A stretch of 64,000 nucleotides of DNA, from contig NMRA01000767.1 in the NCBI GenBank assembly GCA_002633005.1, positions 94,899 to 158,898 of the forward strand, written 5' to 3'. The first letter of the stretch is position 1, and the number at the start of each line of letters is the position of its first letter. This stretch comes from Phoronis australis (taxonomy: Eukaryota; Animalia; Phoronida). The notes below the pieces were generated by a model. It was given only the letters and a program-made list of their open reading frames with translations. It made no database searches and was not told where the DNA came from. This document shows positions 9,589 through 21,585 of the stretch, one piece after another. A program made the translations under genes and the position numbers.

Positions 9589-12500
9589 GTCTTATTATTG
9601 TTTTTATAATGCGCTCACGTGTATGTACGTGGGTTCATATTGCCATCATCTCTGTCTGGGTGTGTGCTGCTGCATCTGCTAAACCCCCTGCAGTATGTTA
9701 ATGAGATTTGGCAGATGTGTTTGTATGAAACTCGCAACAGATGAATGCAGTTTTTGAACTGTTCCGACTTCCACTGTGTCCCCTAGTGGCTGTTTAATTT
9801 TTTACGTTTGCATATATCCTTGATAGATTTTCATCAAATTTGTCAAATAGACTTCTATTGAAGGGACATGATCAGCGAGAAAAGTAATTTTTTCTGAAAC
9901 AGGCCGCAAAGCACAGTCTAACTCTCTACCTGTTGCTCTGTCACTGAGTATGTTAAACCTATTGGAAAGACAATGGGCCTGACTTCATTGAATGTCGGGA
10001 AGACTATGGTGATAATTGGCAATTTGTTATAAAATTAAACATTTTTAGCACTGCCGGTATATATCTTCAGAGTTCATGAACAAATTTTCATAAAATTTGC
10101 GTATAAGTTTCTATTAAGAAATTCATCAAGTGCATTACTTGGAACACGACAACAGATGGCAACTTCTTTCAGACGGATCCAACTACCACTGTGCCTCCTA
10201 GTGGCAAATTTCATTTTTGCCTTAATTGATTCTGTATATTTGGAGTTCCTTGATGGATATTCGTGAAATTTGGCAGCGAGGTTTTTATTAGGGAAACGGA
10301 GAAGTCATTACGTGTTACTATTAAAGATCACTTCTAAAAGCATACCATTTGTGATGCACTGTGGTGCATTTCAGTACTTCGTGTTGCTCATAGTTAGGAC
10401 TACATAATGAAAGTACACAATGACAGTAATAAAGAAAATACCAGTTTAACTACTGACATGGAAACTACTGGTTTTCTCATCACTCTTAGGAAAGTTTGGC
10501 TTGATGAAGTGTGTGTTTAAGAACTGTTGTTGGTTTGTGGTGTCTGGCAGTACATGAGTGAAAGTGGTGGCTGGTTTGTGTATGACATCCCTTTGTCTTG
10601 AAATATAAATTTGCCCAGTTAGGTGAAAGTATTATGTAGTAAGGCCATTTTCCTAGTTATGCCAACACATAAGACTAACGTGCATAGGCAATTTTTTGGC
10701 ATCCACTTGTTTGGAAATATTGATTGAGTTGAATCGTTCAGTTTTTGATATTCATGGGTTTGTACCATAATTCTTAGACTTGCTACTTATTGCATTGAAA
10801 ATTCTGTTCAGATATACACTGTGCTTCAGTCTACAAGAGCCTTCCAGAAACATGTTTGTGACCTATCTTGTTGTTTAGTTCTATGGTACACTGGTTATGG
10901 CCTATATTGACTGAAGTAAACAGCGTTTTATATTCAGGCTACCCAAACAGCATGGTTCGCACAATCAGGAACATGGCTCACAGACCTGTGAACTAACTTA
11001 CTGACCCAAAAAGCACGACCCCGCACTCACCAGACGTGGCTTAAGAGTCACGTGCATGACTCAGCGAAGAGTCCAGGATCCATGTATACGTATTGGAGCT
11101 GTGTTTGTGGTCCAAGTGTCGTGCTTTTTATGTGCGTAAGCCATGTTTTGTGAGTGCAGGGACGTGTTTGTCAATCAGTAAACTGAGCCGTGTTCATAAG
11201 TCAGGAGAGATGTTCATCAGTGCATGTGTTGTGTTGTTTGGGTAGCCTGATGTTCAGACTGTTCAGTTTATGTAATGGTACTTCTCCTTTCAGAGTACTG
11301 CCTAGTAGTTATAGACACATGTTTTTGATCATTTTGGTAGTGACACTGTTAATATCAATTTCAAGCAGCCCTGGGTTGACAAGTGCAGTTCATGAAAACA
11401 AAAGTGTTTGACTGTTTAGTTTTTGAATTCCATAATTCTTGTCTGTTAACTTTCCTGAAGAATCTACTTCAGCAATTAGCGGGAAGATTGTTCTTTGTTA
11501 CTTTTGTTCCTGTATATTCACACAATAACTTTCACAAATGACTCTGTAACCACTTTGAGCGATAATCAAAACTTTACAACCATCGGAACATCAAAACATT
11601 TCTTTCAAAATTTTTTTGAAAAACTGTTTCAGAAGCTATTTTTCCAAAAAAATGTTGAGATATGTACAATGTATTATTCAAGTTAAATAATCAAAAGTTC
11701 TGCTTCTTGCCACCCTAATATAATTTCTGCACTTCTTCCTTGTGTACTTCAAGTACATGAGTCCACATGCGTAAAAAGCTGATAATTTCTTGAGGCGTTT
11801 CTGGGGAGGGAGGGGGGAGGAGTCAGAAATGATTGGCATTTTAGGATGGGGACGATAAACTTGCAATTGAGATGAGCTTTGACTGAGGGAATGCTTGAAC
11901 AAGTTACCTTCATACCTGCACCTGAGTACTATCTGACAATCCCATCTTGATTCCCAACTTGGGCTTCTCAAGAAAGCAGTGGACTCGCAACTAGTCTACA
12001 TGATATTGAAGAGGCTGCCACTGTGACGTTTGTTTCCCACTCTCAAATAGACGTGTTTCCATTAGTATGCAATGCATTTTGTGTATGACAAGTGGCTTAG
12101 TGTGAAAAGGCTGCATTTAAGCCCCCTCCCCCACCCCATGCCCGCCTAAAGTAAGCAAAACATTTAAAAGGTATGCTGAAAACATGTAATTTAGTCAAAC
12201 ATTCAGGCAGCAGGCAGGATGGTTTGGCAGTTAGGTCAAGTGAACAAACAAGTAAAAATAAGCTGAATTGGAGATTCTGCCTGACTTACAAACTGGCAGG
12301 ATAGTGAAGAGTTCACATAACTTATTCATCTCAAAGGATTATAGAGTGGTTAGNNNNNNNNNNNNNNNNNNNNNNNNNNNNNNNNNNNNNNNNNNNNNNN
12401 NNNNNNNNNNNNNNNNNNNNNNNNNNNNNNNNNNNNNNNNNNNNNNNNNNNNNNNNNNNNNNNNNNNNNNNNNNNNNNNNNNNNNNTATTTGATACATTT

Positions 12501-12693
12501 TAAGTTGTGTGTCTTTTTCGGACATCATTAGTGAAAAACAAGGTGGCTGGTAAAATTGGAGTTGTCAGTCAGGTGGTGAAGTGATATGAGTGTTGATGAC
12601 TGTGACGTAGGTGGTGGCCATGTGTATATCCATCAGATTGTTTAGACTGATTTGGTCTTGAGTCAGTCTTAGTGCTAGAGTGTCTGTGGTTAG

Positions 12694-13321
12694 ATGAACA
12701 TAGCAATGTGTTGTATTGTCTTGATACTTGTATTGTGTATTGGTGGAACAGTGGGCAGGGAGTCAACTGGGGCTGGGCTCCATCGTGAGAGGTGTCGATT
12801 TGATGTACGGTTTGTTCACAAGGGATCATGTGATCAAGGAAATTCTGAGAATGTGACATCATTGGAAAATGGAATCGCGGCATTGGAAGGCATGTTTCGG
12901 GGGCTTTTGAAAACTGTATATGAAAAGGGCTTTGAGAATGGGCAGTTGGAGTCGAGAGTGACGGCGTTAGAAAAAACTGTTCAGAATATAACAAACTCAA
13001 TTGAGAATGAACATGTGAGTCTCAGAGGAAAACTTGATGATTTGGAGCACAGTGTGAACGAGTCAGAAATGTTGGTGAGAGGTGCTGAGGAGTCACTTAG
13101 TAAGATGTTGTTGCAAAATAAACATCTTCTTGAGGAACTTAAGACCGCTCAGCAGGACACATTGTCTCGGGATACCGATTTAGAAATTGCGCGAGAAAGT
13201 TTGAGTGCAGCGAAAGAAGAAATGAACAGATGTGTCAATGAACTGGCTTTGTCGAAAGAAAACCAGGTTCAAAAGGATTGCCCAACGGATTTGAAGTTAC
13301 AGTGGGCTTTTGGGAAAATAT
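12694..13321 (+). CDS. Nested gene coding exon 1: signal peptide + Cys pair + coiled coil
   Basis: ATG at 12694, hydrophobic MNIAMCCIVLILVLCIGG, heptad-rich helix (LENGIAALE..LESRVTALEKTVQNIT..), donor T|gtaagt in phase 1. Confidence 0.8.
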
Positions 13322-13962
13322 GTAAGTACGATTAATTTAATTTTACTAAAAAGCTGTTTCTTCTCTCATAGATTTTTTAAATTAAATTTGACAAGATTAA
13401 TGTGTTTTCATTTTCCAAAGGATTGTAGTACTGAAGATGTGAATATCTACATTAAATTCTCAAAGTATGTATGGTGATAACAATGATATGGAACTTCAGA
13501 TTTATTAAGAATTTATTTCGTAATATTTATCTTTCAAGAAAAAAAATATCTAAATATGATTTAATTTGGTTTTTACTTCCTTCCTGTTTTATCTTTTGTG
13601 GATTTTTAAAATTGTTTTGAACTGAATAACTAGAAATAATCTCCCCAATTTTAGACAAAAATATTTGACAACATTGATGTTTATTGTGAATACTTACAGG
13701 TTCTTAAAATATGTCACATGGTAGCAATTATATAGAACTTAAAATTGTAACAAAAATTATTTGATGCTACTTATCTTTTAATAAAAAATCAGAAAATAAA
13801 ATTTATTTTTTCCGCCAGAGCTGAATGATGTTCATTTACATTACAAAAACATTTAACAACATATTTATTGTAAAACGTTTTGAGATCATCGTGAAACCTT
13901 TGATTATCGATGGGCAATTTCATTGAACGTTTTTAATTGTTAGAGTTCTTTTTTGCTTTCAG

Positions 13963-14615
13963 GGTATGCCAAGTCGTGTCAGGACTGGTTTGAAATGAGT
14001 GCAACTGAAAATGGAGAGTACCAGGTCGATCCAGATGGCCCTGGAATGGGACTAGACCCCTTTGATGTCTACTGTGACTTTCATGCCAGGAACAACACGG
14101 CTATCGCCACCATCTTCCACCATAATGTTGAGAAACGGACCAAGGTCGAGCCTGAGTGTGAAGTGAGAAAGTGCTATAAGAAGGAGATAAGTTACCGTCA
14201 GGACATACGTCAGATAGCGGCAGCCATGAAACTGACTGCTGTGTGCGAACAGTTCATTAAATACGAGTGTTATAGCTCGCAACTGTTGCTGTCATATCCT
14301 GACACAGCGCTGGCGGCATGGTACTCTCGTGACGGTGACGAGATGTTGTATTGGGGCGGAGCTAGTCAGGGTAGCAACATGTGTGGGTGTGGCACAACAG
14401 GAACATGTGATGTAGACACGTCATGGGCGACGGGCAGGTGTAACTGTGATAATAATGACAAGGTGTGGAGAGAGGACTCGGGCTACCTGACAGACAAGTG
14501 TACCCTGCCCGTCACCAAGTTGGCCTTTGGAGATGCGTCATCCGGGGAAGAGGGTTTCCACACTCTGGGTCCTTTAGTGTGTTATAACTATAACTACCGA
14601 AATGAACCTGAATAA
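13963..14615 (+). CDS. Nested gene coding exon 2: CASPR/Neurexin-IV-type fibrinogen-like domain
   Basis: ctttcag|GG completes TGG in phase 1; SC..Y.VDPDG..P.DVYCD..CEQFIKYEC..YWGG..CGCG..CNCD..WREDSGYL..LPV..LGPLVC follows the CNTNAP fibrinogen-like pattern; stop TAA 14613-14615. Confidence 0.88.
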
Positions 14616-14704
14616 AGAGGAGATGGCGTGTACGTGGTCGGTGGTGAATCTCAAGTGTCATACGGTGATAGTGATTTAAAATTGTTATGAATGCACCTAA
14701 TGCC

Positions 14705-14710
14705 AATAAA
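14705..14710 (+). terminator. Candidate polyadenylation signal of the nested gene
   Basis: AATAAA 90 nt after the stop (another overlaps the stop at 14611-14616). Confidence 0.5.
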
Positions 14711-16923
14711 CAAAACTTTATTGCTTTGCTTAAGGCTGCTACATACTGATGTTGATCGGTTAACTTCGGTCCTGGATCAAAGTTAATAGCTCCAGTTAAC
14801 TTTGCAGTAAACAGGTGGATGTAATAGCGGAACATCGACGCTTCGGTACATTATGAATGGTCAAGTTCGGTCTCATTAATGTTATCGCCAGTGGCCAATG
14901 CTATTGTCAACAGTGTTGTCACTACTATGTGCAAATATTTTGCTTAAATAATCACCAATCGAATTAGAAATAAGTTTTATGTTACTTATCTTCCGTAAAT
15001 GTTCTCAAACTGCCACATTAAAAAAATCTTAGCATGAAAGGGATGCATCAGCGCCATCTTGTGATTACTTCGATGAGGACAGCTACACCCACTGTTTTCT
15101 TCGATGCTGTTAACTACCAAAGCTAGTATGAGCAGTTCAATTAACTTTGCAGTTTAGGTTGACAATCTGCTCATACCGGAGCTCAGTTAGTACGAAAGGG
15201 CTATCATTTACCTGTGTAAAGTTGACATAAAGTTGTTCGTTGCTGGTGTTCTATGTTAGTTCTGGGCTTGGAAAGAGCAGACAGATCGTTGTTGCTTGGT
15301 AACAAGTTCAACCAGTTGGCTTGTCATGGCAGGTCATTGTTGCTTGGTAACAGGTTCAACCAGTTGGCTTGTCATGGCAGGTCCTATAATATGCGTAACA
15401 TTGGTCAGGAGCAGTAATGAACTATAAGTTTTTCTTAAGCCAGGGAAAAGAAGTTGAGTTGAGTTTTGTTTCTGTAATGGATTTAAATCAACAATTTTGT
15501 TGACAGAATGCGTTTTTCTACACGTAACAACTGTAATTGGTTTCATTTATTGTATGATAGATCAGTAATTGAGTTATAAAAAGAATACTGCTTATACTAT
15601 GTTAAAGTGTTCAGGTGTTGTGTGGCATACATTTAGTAAGTGTTAACTGGAGGGCTGGTATAGACATTGTCTGTGTTTAAAACAATTTGTATCTTAACTG
15701 CTACTGATGTGTTTACAATATAAACTTAACTGTAAATCTGTCACTTTCTGGGATATCTGATTCACATGTTTCCAGAAACAGGGAGTGTATTAATTGAAAT
15801 GGTTCTGCTTGCTAGTTGTATGTGTTTTTGTTATACATATGATTTAATGAGACAGGGAACATGTGAGAATGGCATATGGTAATTATAGTCTGTAAGGTGT
15901 GTGGTGTATGGTTGACTACTGTATTTAATGGGTGGCTGTCTGTGGTGCAGTTTAGCAGAATTATTGCTGATGAGGTTGTTCCAAGAATACAACTATCCAA
16001 GTTAACTGCCACCGTTACGGTTCATTGACCTTGGCACTAAGTTGTTGATGTCACGGTTGGTGTGTGAAAACTTGTGGATCATATCATGTCTGTTGCGCAC
16101 TTAATAAACTGTTACACTTCAAAAAACATTCATTTCTTTTTGATGATTATTTTGCCATATTTTCTTTGATGCCATTGCTCGGAGGTTTTGGTTTAAAAAT
16201 AACGACCTGGTTATTGCTTTCAGAACCAAGCCTGTATTTATTTTTTCTGTGGTATGCTTATCAATTGTTCACTTAATGTTTATTCGTAATATGACAAGAA
16301 TTGAAATGAAATTGAATTTTAAACATGACCCAAGTTTTTGTTGAAGTCATATTATTGTGTGGAAGTTAATTTGAAAATATTAAGGAAAATCAAAAACAAC
16401 AGTGAAAAAGATTTGACTGCTCCTTTGTTCCTTGTCATTTATTAGCAATCAGCCATTTGCTATATTGGTTTATTTCAAGGAGATCTTTCACTTTTAATTA
16501 CAATTTAAGTTAAATTCATTCTTTGCAATAGAACAAATATACTTTTTTTTCTTCTTGAAATACATCATTGTGAAAGATCATACATGGTCTTTCACCGCAG
16601 TTGCCATCCATATAATACAGGTCCACACTATTTTTGTTTAGATTATTCAATAAAATCCTTCACCAAAGTTGCAGGGAAATAGACATTTCTTTTTTGAAAA
16701 TATCAGCAGCAATTAAGAGCAATTACACACTAATCTGCACAACTGTGAAAGACGTGTGTATCCAGGTATAGTTGGTCTTTGAACAATTAAAAAGTGGCAA
16801 TTATTTTTCGCGGAATAGATATGCTTTGTCGTGCTGTTAGCAGCACCTAGTGGGTATGTATTGACTTAGTTATGACTGTTGTGCATATGGTTAACCCCTC
16901 CTATGTCCCATGCGTCGTTGCAG

Positions 16924-16994
16924 GGAGACAGACCTGGATAGTATCACCAGTGACCACCAGGTGACTCTGGATCTGGACAATGATGTTAGGAGAG
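16924..16994 (+). CDS. Cav1: Cav1 exon: II-III loop
   Basis: ttgcag|GGAGACAGAC..AGGAGAG|gtgagt; ETDLDSITSDHQVTLDLDNDVRR; phase 2->1 bridges 8651 to 17382. Confidence 0.78.
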
Positions 16995-17381
16995 GTGAGT
17001 GGGGGATTGCACAACTCAACTGAGTCCCTTCATCAATAATATTGTCATATGTCACTACCAACTGATAATTCTTAAGTGTCGCAGTACAATATATTTCAAA
17101 TTTAAAATTAAGTTAATTCTTTTCTCAAAATTGCTGAGATTCCAGAGCCAATGATTTTATACTTAATTTTCTTGACTTTTGACAGAATTCTGATAAGAAA
17201 AGTTAAGAATATTTCATCTGGCGCAGCGCCAAGTTCTGACCGCTGGTATTACAGCAGAAATAAGCTGTTTTTCTTCATGATAACATGTGATTCTAAAGGT
17301 CAAAGTGCATGCAATTGCCAATTGATTGATGACTCATGACTATCGTTGTTACAATACATGCTCAACATTGTATTAATGCAG

Positions 17382-17550
17382 ATACATACGACGGTCAACG
17401 TGACGATGAATACGATGAAGAGGACGAAGATCAAGACAAGTCGATCTCGACTGGGGCGCGACCTCGACGCATGTCTGAGCTCAACATACCCGATAAAATC
17501 AAACCCATTCCAAACTCTGCTTCCTTTTTTGTCTTCAAACCTACTAATAG
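17382..17550 (+). CDS. Cav1: Cav1 exon: distal II-III loop
   Basis: ARPRRMSELNIPDKIKPIPNSASFFVFKPTN is the conserved Cav1 motif; donor gtaact. Confidence 0.93.
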
Positions 17551-19261
17551 GTAACTAAAGCCTTTTTTTGAAAATGTTACACGCAATACCTTTATTTGTT
17601 CATGCTGAAGTCATTTGTTTTAAAGATATTGTGGCTTGTGGTTGATTGTCCCCAAGGAAATTTCAACAATTGCCTGCTTGTCATGATATTGATTTTTGGG
17701 TAGTTACTGCATCTTTTTTCAATTTCTTCAGATGAAATCAACAGTGATCTATGAAGTATCATCTTGCAAATTTACTTACATTTATTTACAAATATTATGG
17801 AGTGTGTTTTAAATAAAGTGCTTTACAGGAAAAATTTAGATATAGTAATTTGATATGGAAGTGTACAAAGAACTCTGCTGGTGTATTGCAAAGTTGAGAT
17901 AAGCTTCAAGCGCCATCTGTGGTATGTTACAAAGTCATTTTTTCACCATGACGCTGTGGACGTCCACCTTTGCGATGTTGTGTAGTCATTCCTATTTTTC
18001 CCCCACGCAGTATGTTGCTAAGTGATAGACTTAAGTAAGTGGTTTATTGTTCACTATATCCTTTACGTCCAGCATTCACTTAAAACTCATGACGTTATGT
18101 TCTCATAACGTGTCCATCAAACATAGGTCAGCATTGTCCTTTAACTTCAAACAAGTGAATTGATGTAAAAAGGCACTCATGTAATGTTTAGACAGCATTT
18201 AACAGGGGGCCTTCTTTTGACGTGTTTGCTTTGAACATGAACAGTAATTATTGTGAATTTTGGAGTTTCCCCTTAACATTTTAGGGCTGGAGTTTTTCCA
18301 CGTCTTGGGATTTCGTGATTACGCGTCCTACGCTTGACAATCTATGTCTCAATTTCTCCTATCTCTCTTCTACAAGTGTTGCAAAGGTTTTCTGTTCACC
18401 ACTACCTGACTGAACTGGCTTGTTTTGTCCAAATTATGTAGTTGAAACTACCTTGCCAAAGTCATGGTCAATGCTTCATGGCTAGTCCAGCTGTGTAATG
18501 ACCTGTCAAGTCTAATTGTATTTCCATATTCTGACATCAATCATCCTTGTTTAATTCATTATCAGGAATCCTGTCCAAATAAAGTGTTCAATGTTATACA
18601 CAGGTATGCCTCCTGATTTCTGCTGAATGAAGTTGCCTTTCATTTGTTCACTATTTAATAGTGCCATCTGGTGATTGCTTTGTATTATGAAGCTGAAATT
18701 CATGTTCAAGAAATGGTTGTCACTAAACAGAAACGTTTCACAGTCGGTGCCATTTTAATTAGCTGTTTTGTGGTTGCGCAGGGCTTAGCCTGGAGGATCC
18801 ATCATCTCGGGCTCAGCATCTCATTAGCACATATTCACTCTAGTCACAGGGGGCCCCCTTCTAAGGGAAATTAAAACAGTTACAAAACTGGGTTATTTCT
18901 GTAAATAACCTAGAGCATTCTGGACCTGACCTTCCTAGGTCATCTAAGGTGACCTTGACTACTGATGCTCTTTGGGCACACCATGTGTGTTATCAAGTTG
19001 GAAAGTTAAGTGTTTGGAATCATCATTTGTGTGTTAACTGTTTGCACATATTCTTACATTCCACTTGGGAAAGATGAGTGGAAAAAATAAAAAGTCAAAA
19101 AGTTTTTTTCATACAATGCAGTTTATTTGTTGTATATTGATTTTATTGAGACTTTGGCCATGACATGACATCATGTAATTTGAATTGTGTTCTGACAGAG
19201 TTGTGTTTGCGTTTCACGTACCATTTTGCATTATTGTCTATTCTATGTGTTGGTCTGCTTC

Positions 19262-19610
19262 TTAAAAGGACACCAAATCTGGTTTTAACAGATACTAAAG
19301 ACGACTTTTCCATCCAGATCTCTGAAACAAATAATGCTCTGTAACCCTCGACAACCTCAAAATTTAAGAGGAAATTCTGAAAACTTCTTCAAAGTCTGCT
19401 AAACGGGCAAGCGTGACCTACATGTACGCTTCTAGCAAATTACACGGCAACTGTTGGAAAAGACCACCCACCAAGGACCCTAATGTCCAATCTGTGACAC
19501 AAGGAGTATGAATTTTTAATTGATTTCTGTGTTGACGCCAATAATGTATTAGTAGTTGACAGAACGGGGATTGGTTGAAATCATCATAACAGGATTTAGT
19601 ATCCTTTTAA
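19262..19610. mobile_element. TTAA-flanked MITE (Kolobok/piggyBac-like), copy 1
   Basis: ttaa-aaggacaccaaa ... tttagtatcctt-ttaa TIRs; a diverged second copy lies at 35782-36137. Confidence 0.7.
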
Positions 19611-19669
19611 CTAGCAGCTTAAAATATGTTTTACTTTCCACCTCTGCAAGTGTCTCCATTGTTTTTCAG

Positions 19670-19799
19670 GTTCCGTGTCTTCTGCCATAAGTTGTGCAAC
19701 CATCCCTACTTTGGAAACATTGTCCTTGCTTGTATCCTCATCAGTAGTTGTATGTTGGCAGCTGAAGACCCTCTGAAGGCTAAGTCACCCAGGAATACA
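19670..19799 (+). CDS. Cav1: Cav1 exon: IIIS1
   Basis: [43 protein letters not shown]|gtaagt. Confidence 0.95.
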
Positions 19800-21398
19800 G
19801 TAAGTAGTTACTAGCATTCAACAGTTAGTATAATATCTCATCAGTAGTTGTGTGTGAGGGAACTAACGACCCTCTGGAGGCCTAGTCAGACAGGAATACA
19901 GTAAATTGAAACCCAGTCCAGCACCTATTACTAAAGAGTGTATCATCAGCTGTTGTAATGTGGAAGTGTTGGGATATGGTGATCATTTGATGGAGTAAAA
20001 AATGAGAATATTTTGTTATGTGCCTTGTGAATCCTATAAATTGTCTACTAAACCGTTACGGAGACTTGATTCAATTAGGGGTCCACAGAGCAGCTTTTGA
20101 CCGCTGTTCAGTCTGTGTGCATTTTCACGGAGGTCTGTCCGCACATTGCAGTATTGGCTGGCTGATGACTTAGCCCAAAATCAACACAGCATGTTGAGAC
20201 TGACTTATTTGACAGACCCATGTTTACATGCCATTAATGATTAGTGAGTGCCCTGGACATAAGCACTATTACTTCAGCAAACGGGGTAATCAAAAAACGT
20301 TATGAAAAGGTGTGTTATTTGTAAAGTTGATTTGAAGATGCGTTAATCATTTTTCTCTAATTATTGTCTGTCCTACATCAAGCCTTATCTTTATAATTTA
20401 CCAGGCAATGAATACAAAATATGTTTATTTTTTGAAGTTGTGTGAAGTCTTAAGATACACATTCCCTGTAACCAAAAAAGCAAATGAAAAATCCTGGAAT
20501 GCCTTAAAGTTTGTACTTGCTGACTAATGAACTCAAAGATTTGGAAATAGGTGGACTGGTTGGAAACAAATGAGCAAAAGCTAGAACCTATATGTTGAAA
20601 ACACAGAGATGAATGCAATTCAAGTCGAAACAATTGGGCGACATCATTGTTCGGCTTAATTTTGCAAAATTTGCCATTAAAACCTACTCTTTTCTTCAGT
20701 ATATCAAACTAAGCTTTGCACCGAAAAATATGTCTTTCATGTTGACTATCTATCTAGAGTTAACAAGATGTTTCTGATATTTTCTTGTCAAAAAATGTGG
20801 CCGACTAGTATGGTTAGCGAAAGGGTTGAGCTTATCGACAGATCAACATACTGACCTTGACCTTCATGGAACAATTACTGTATTTGTTGTACCAGTTAAC
20901 AGCCAAACATCCTTAGGTCCTGTACATCCTGGCACAGACCAATATCCCATTCACATATTTCAAACTATATCCAAAAGGATGAAGAAGGAAAAATACCCGC
21001 TCTCGTACGCGAGGGTCATATCTTACAACCGTAAAATGCACGCTCAGGCATGCGAGGGTCATATCTGATGGCTGTAAAACTTTTACGGATCAATTCTCAG
21101 CTGATGGGTTGGCGGGCTGCATATTCCTTTTGTTTGTCTTGTAAGGTCAAACCAAACCCTCTAAAAGATCAATAATGGCTATCGGAGTAATTTGAATTTT
21201 GCGACAGTAAATATGGATCATATTTTAGGCATTGAAAGTTGAAGATTTGAATGTAAATGTTTTGTAAGGTAATAAAAATACAAGTGTGACTTTTCATACA
21301 ATAGCACTATGAATGAATTAATGACAAGAGCTGATCGCAGTGACTATTTTCAGCAGTGTGTGTAGCAACAGTTAGCCAGTGTTTGTCTCTTATTTCAG

Positions 21399-21458
21399 AT
21401 CCTTAACTACTTTGACTACTTCTTTACCAGCGTCTTCACAGTAGAGATCATCATAAAG
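21399..21458 (+). CDS. Cav1: Cav1 exon: IIIS2 (60 nt)
   Basis: tttcag|ILNYFDYFFTSVFTVEIIIK|gtgaga. Confidence 0.95.
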
Positions 21459-21481
21459 GTGAGACTATTCACTAGGTGGGT

Positions 21482-21585
21482 AACGGTCGGATATAAGGTG
21501 CCCAAGTTTGAGAACCAGTTTTCTTAACTGAATAAGCAGCATCAAACTGGTTCTCAAAATACGGACACATTATATCAAACTATTG
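21482..21585. mobile_element. Short fold-back MITE-like element, copy 2
   Basis: Similar to 1435-1542, with the same inverted-repeat arms. Confidence 0.65.

Noticed and set aside
12569-13000. 143-aa minus-strand ORF
   Set aside because: Antisense shadow of the nested gene's first exon
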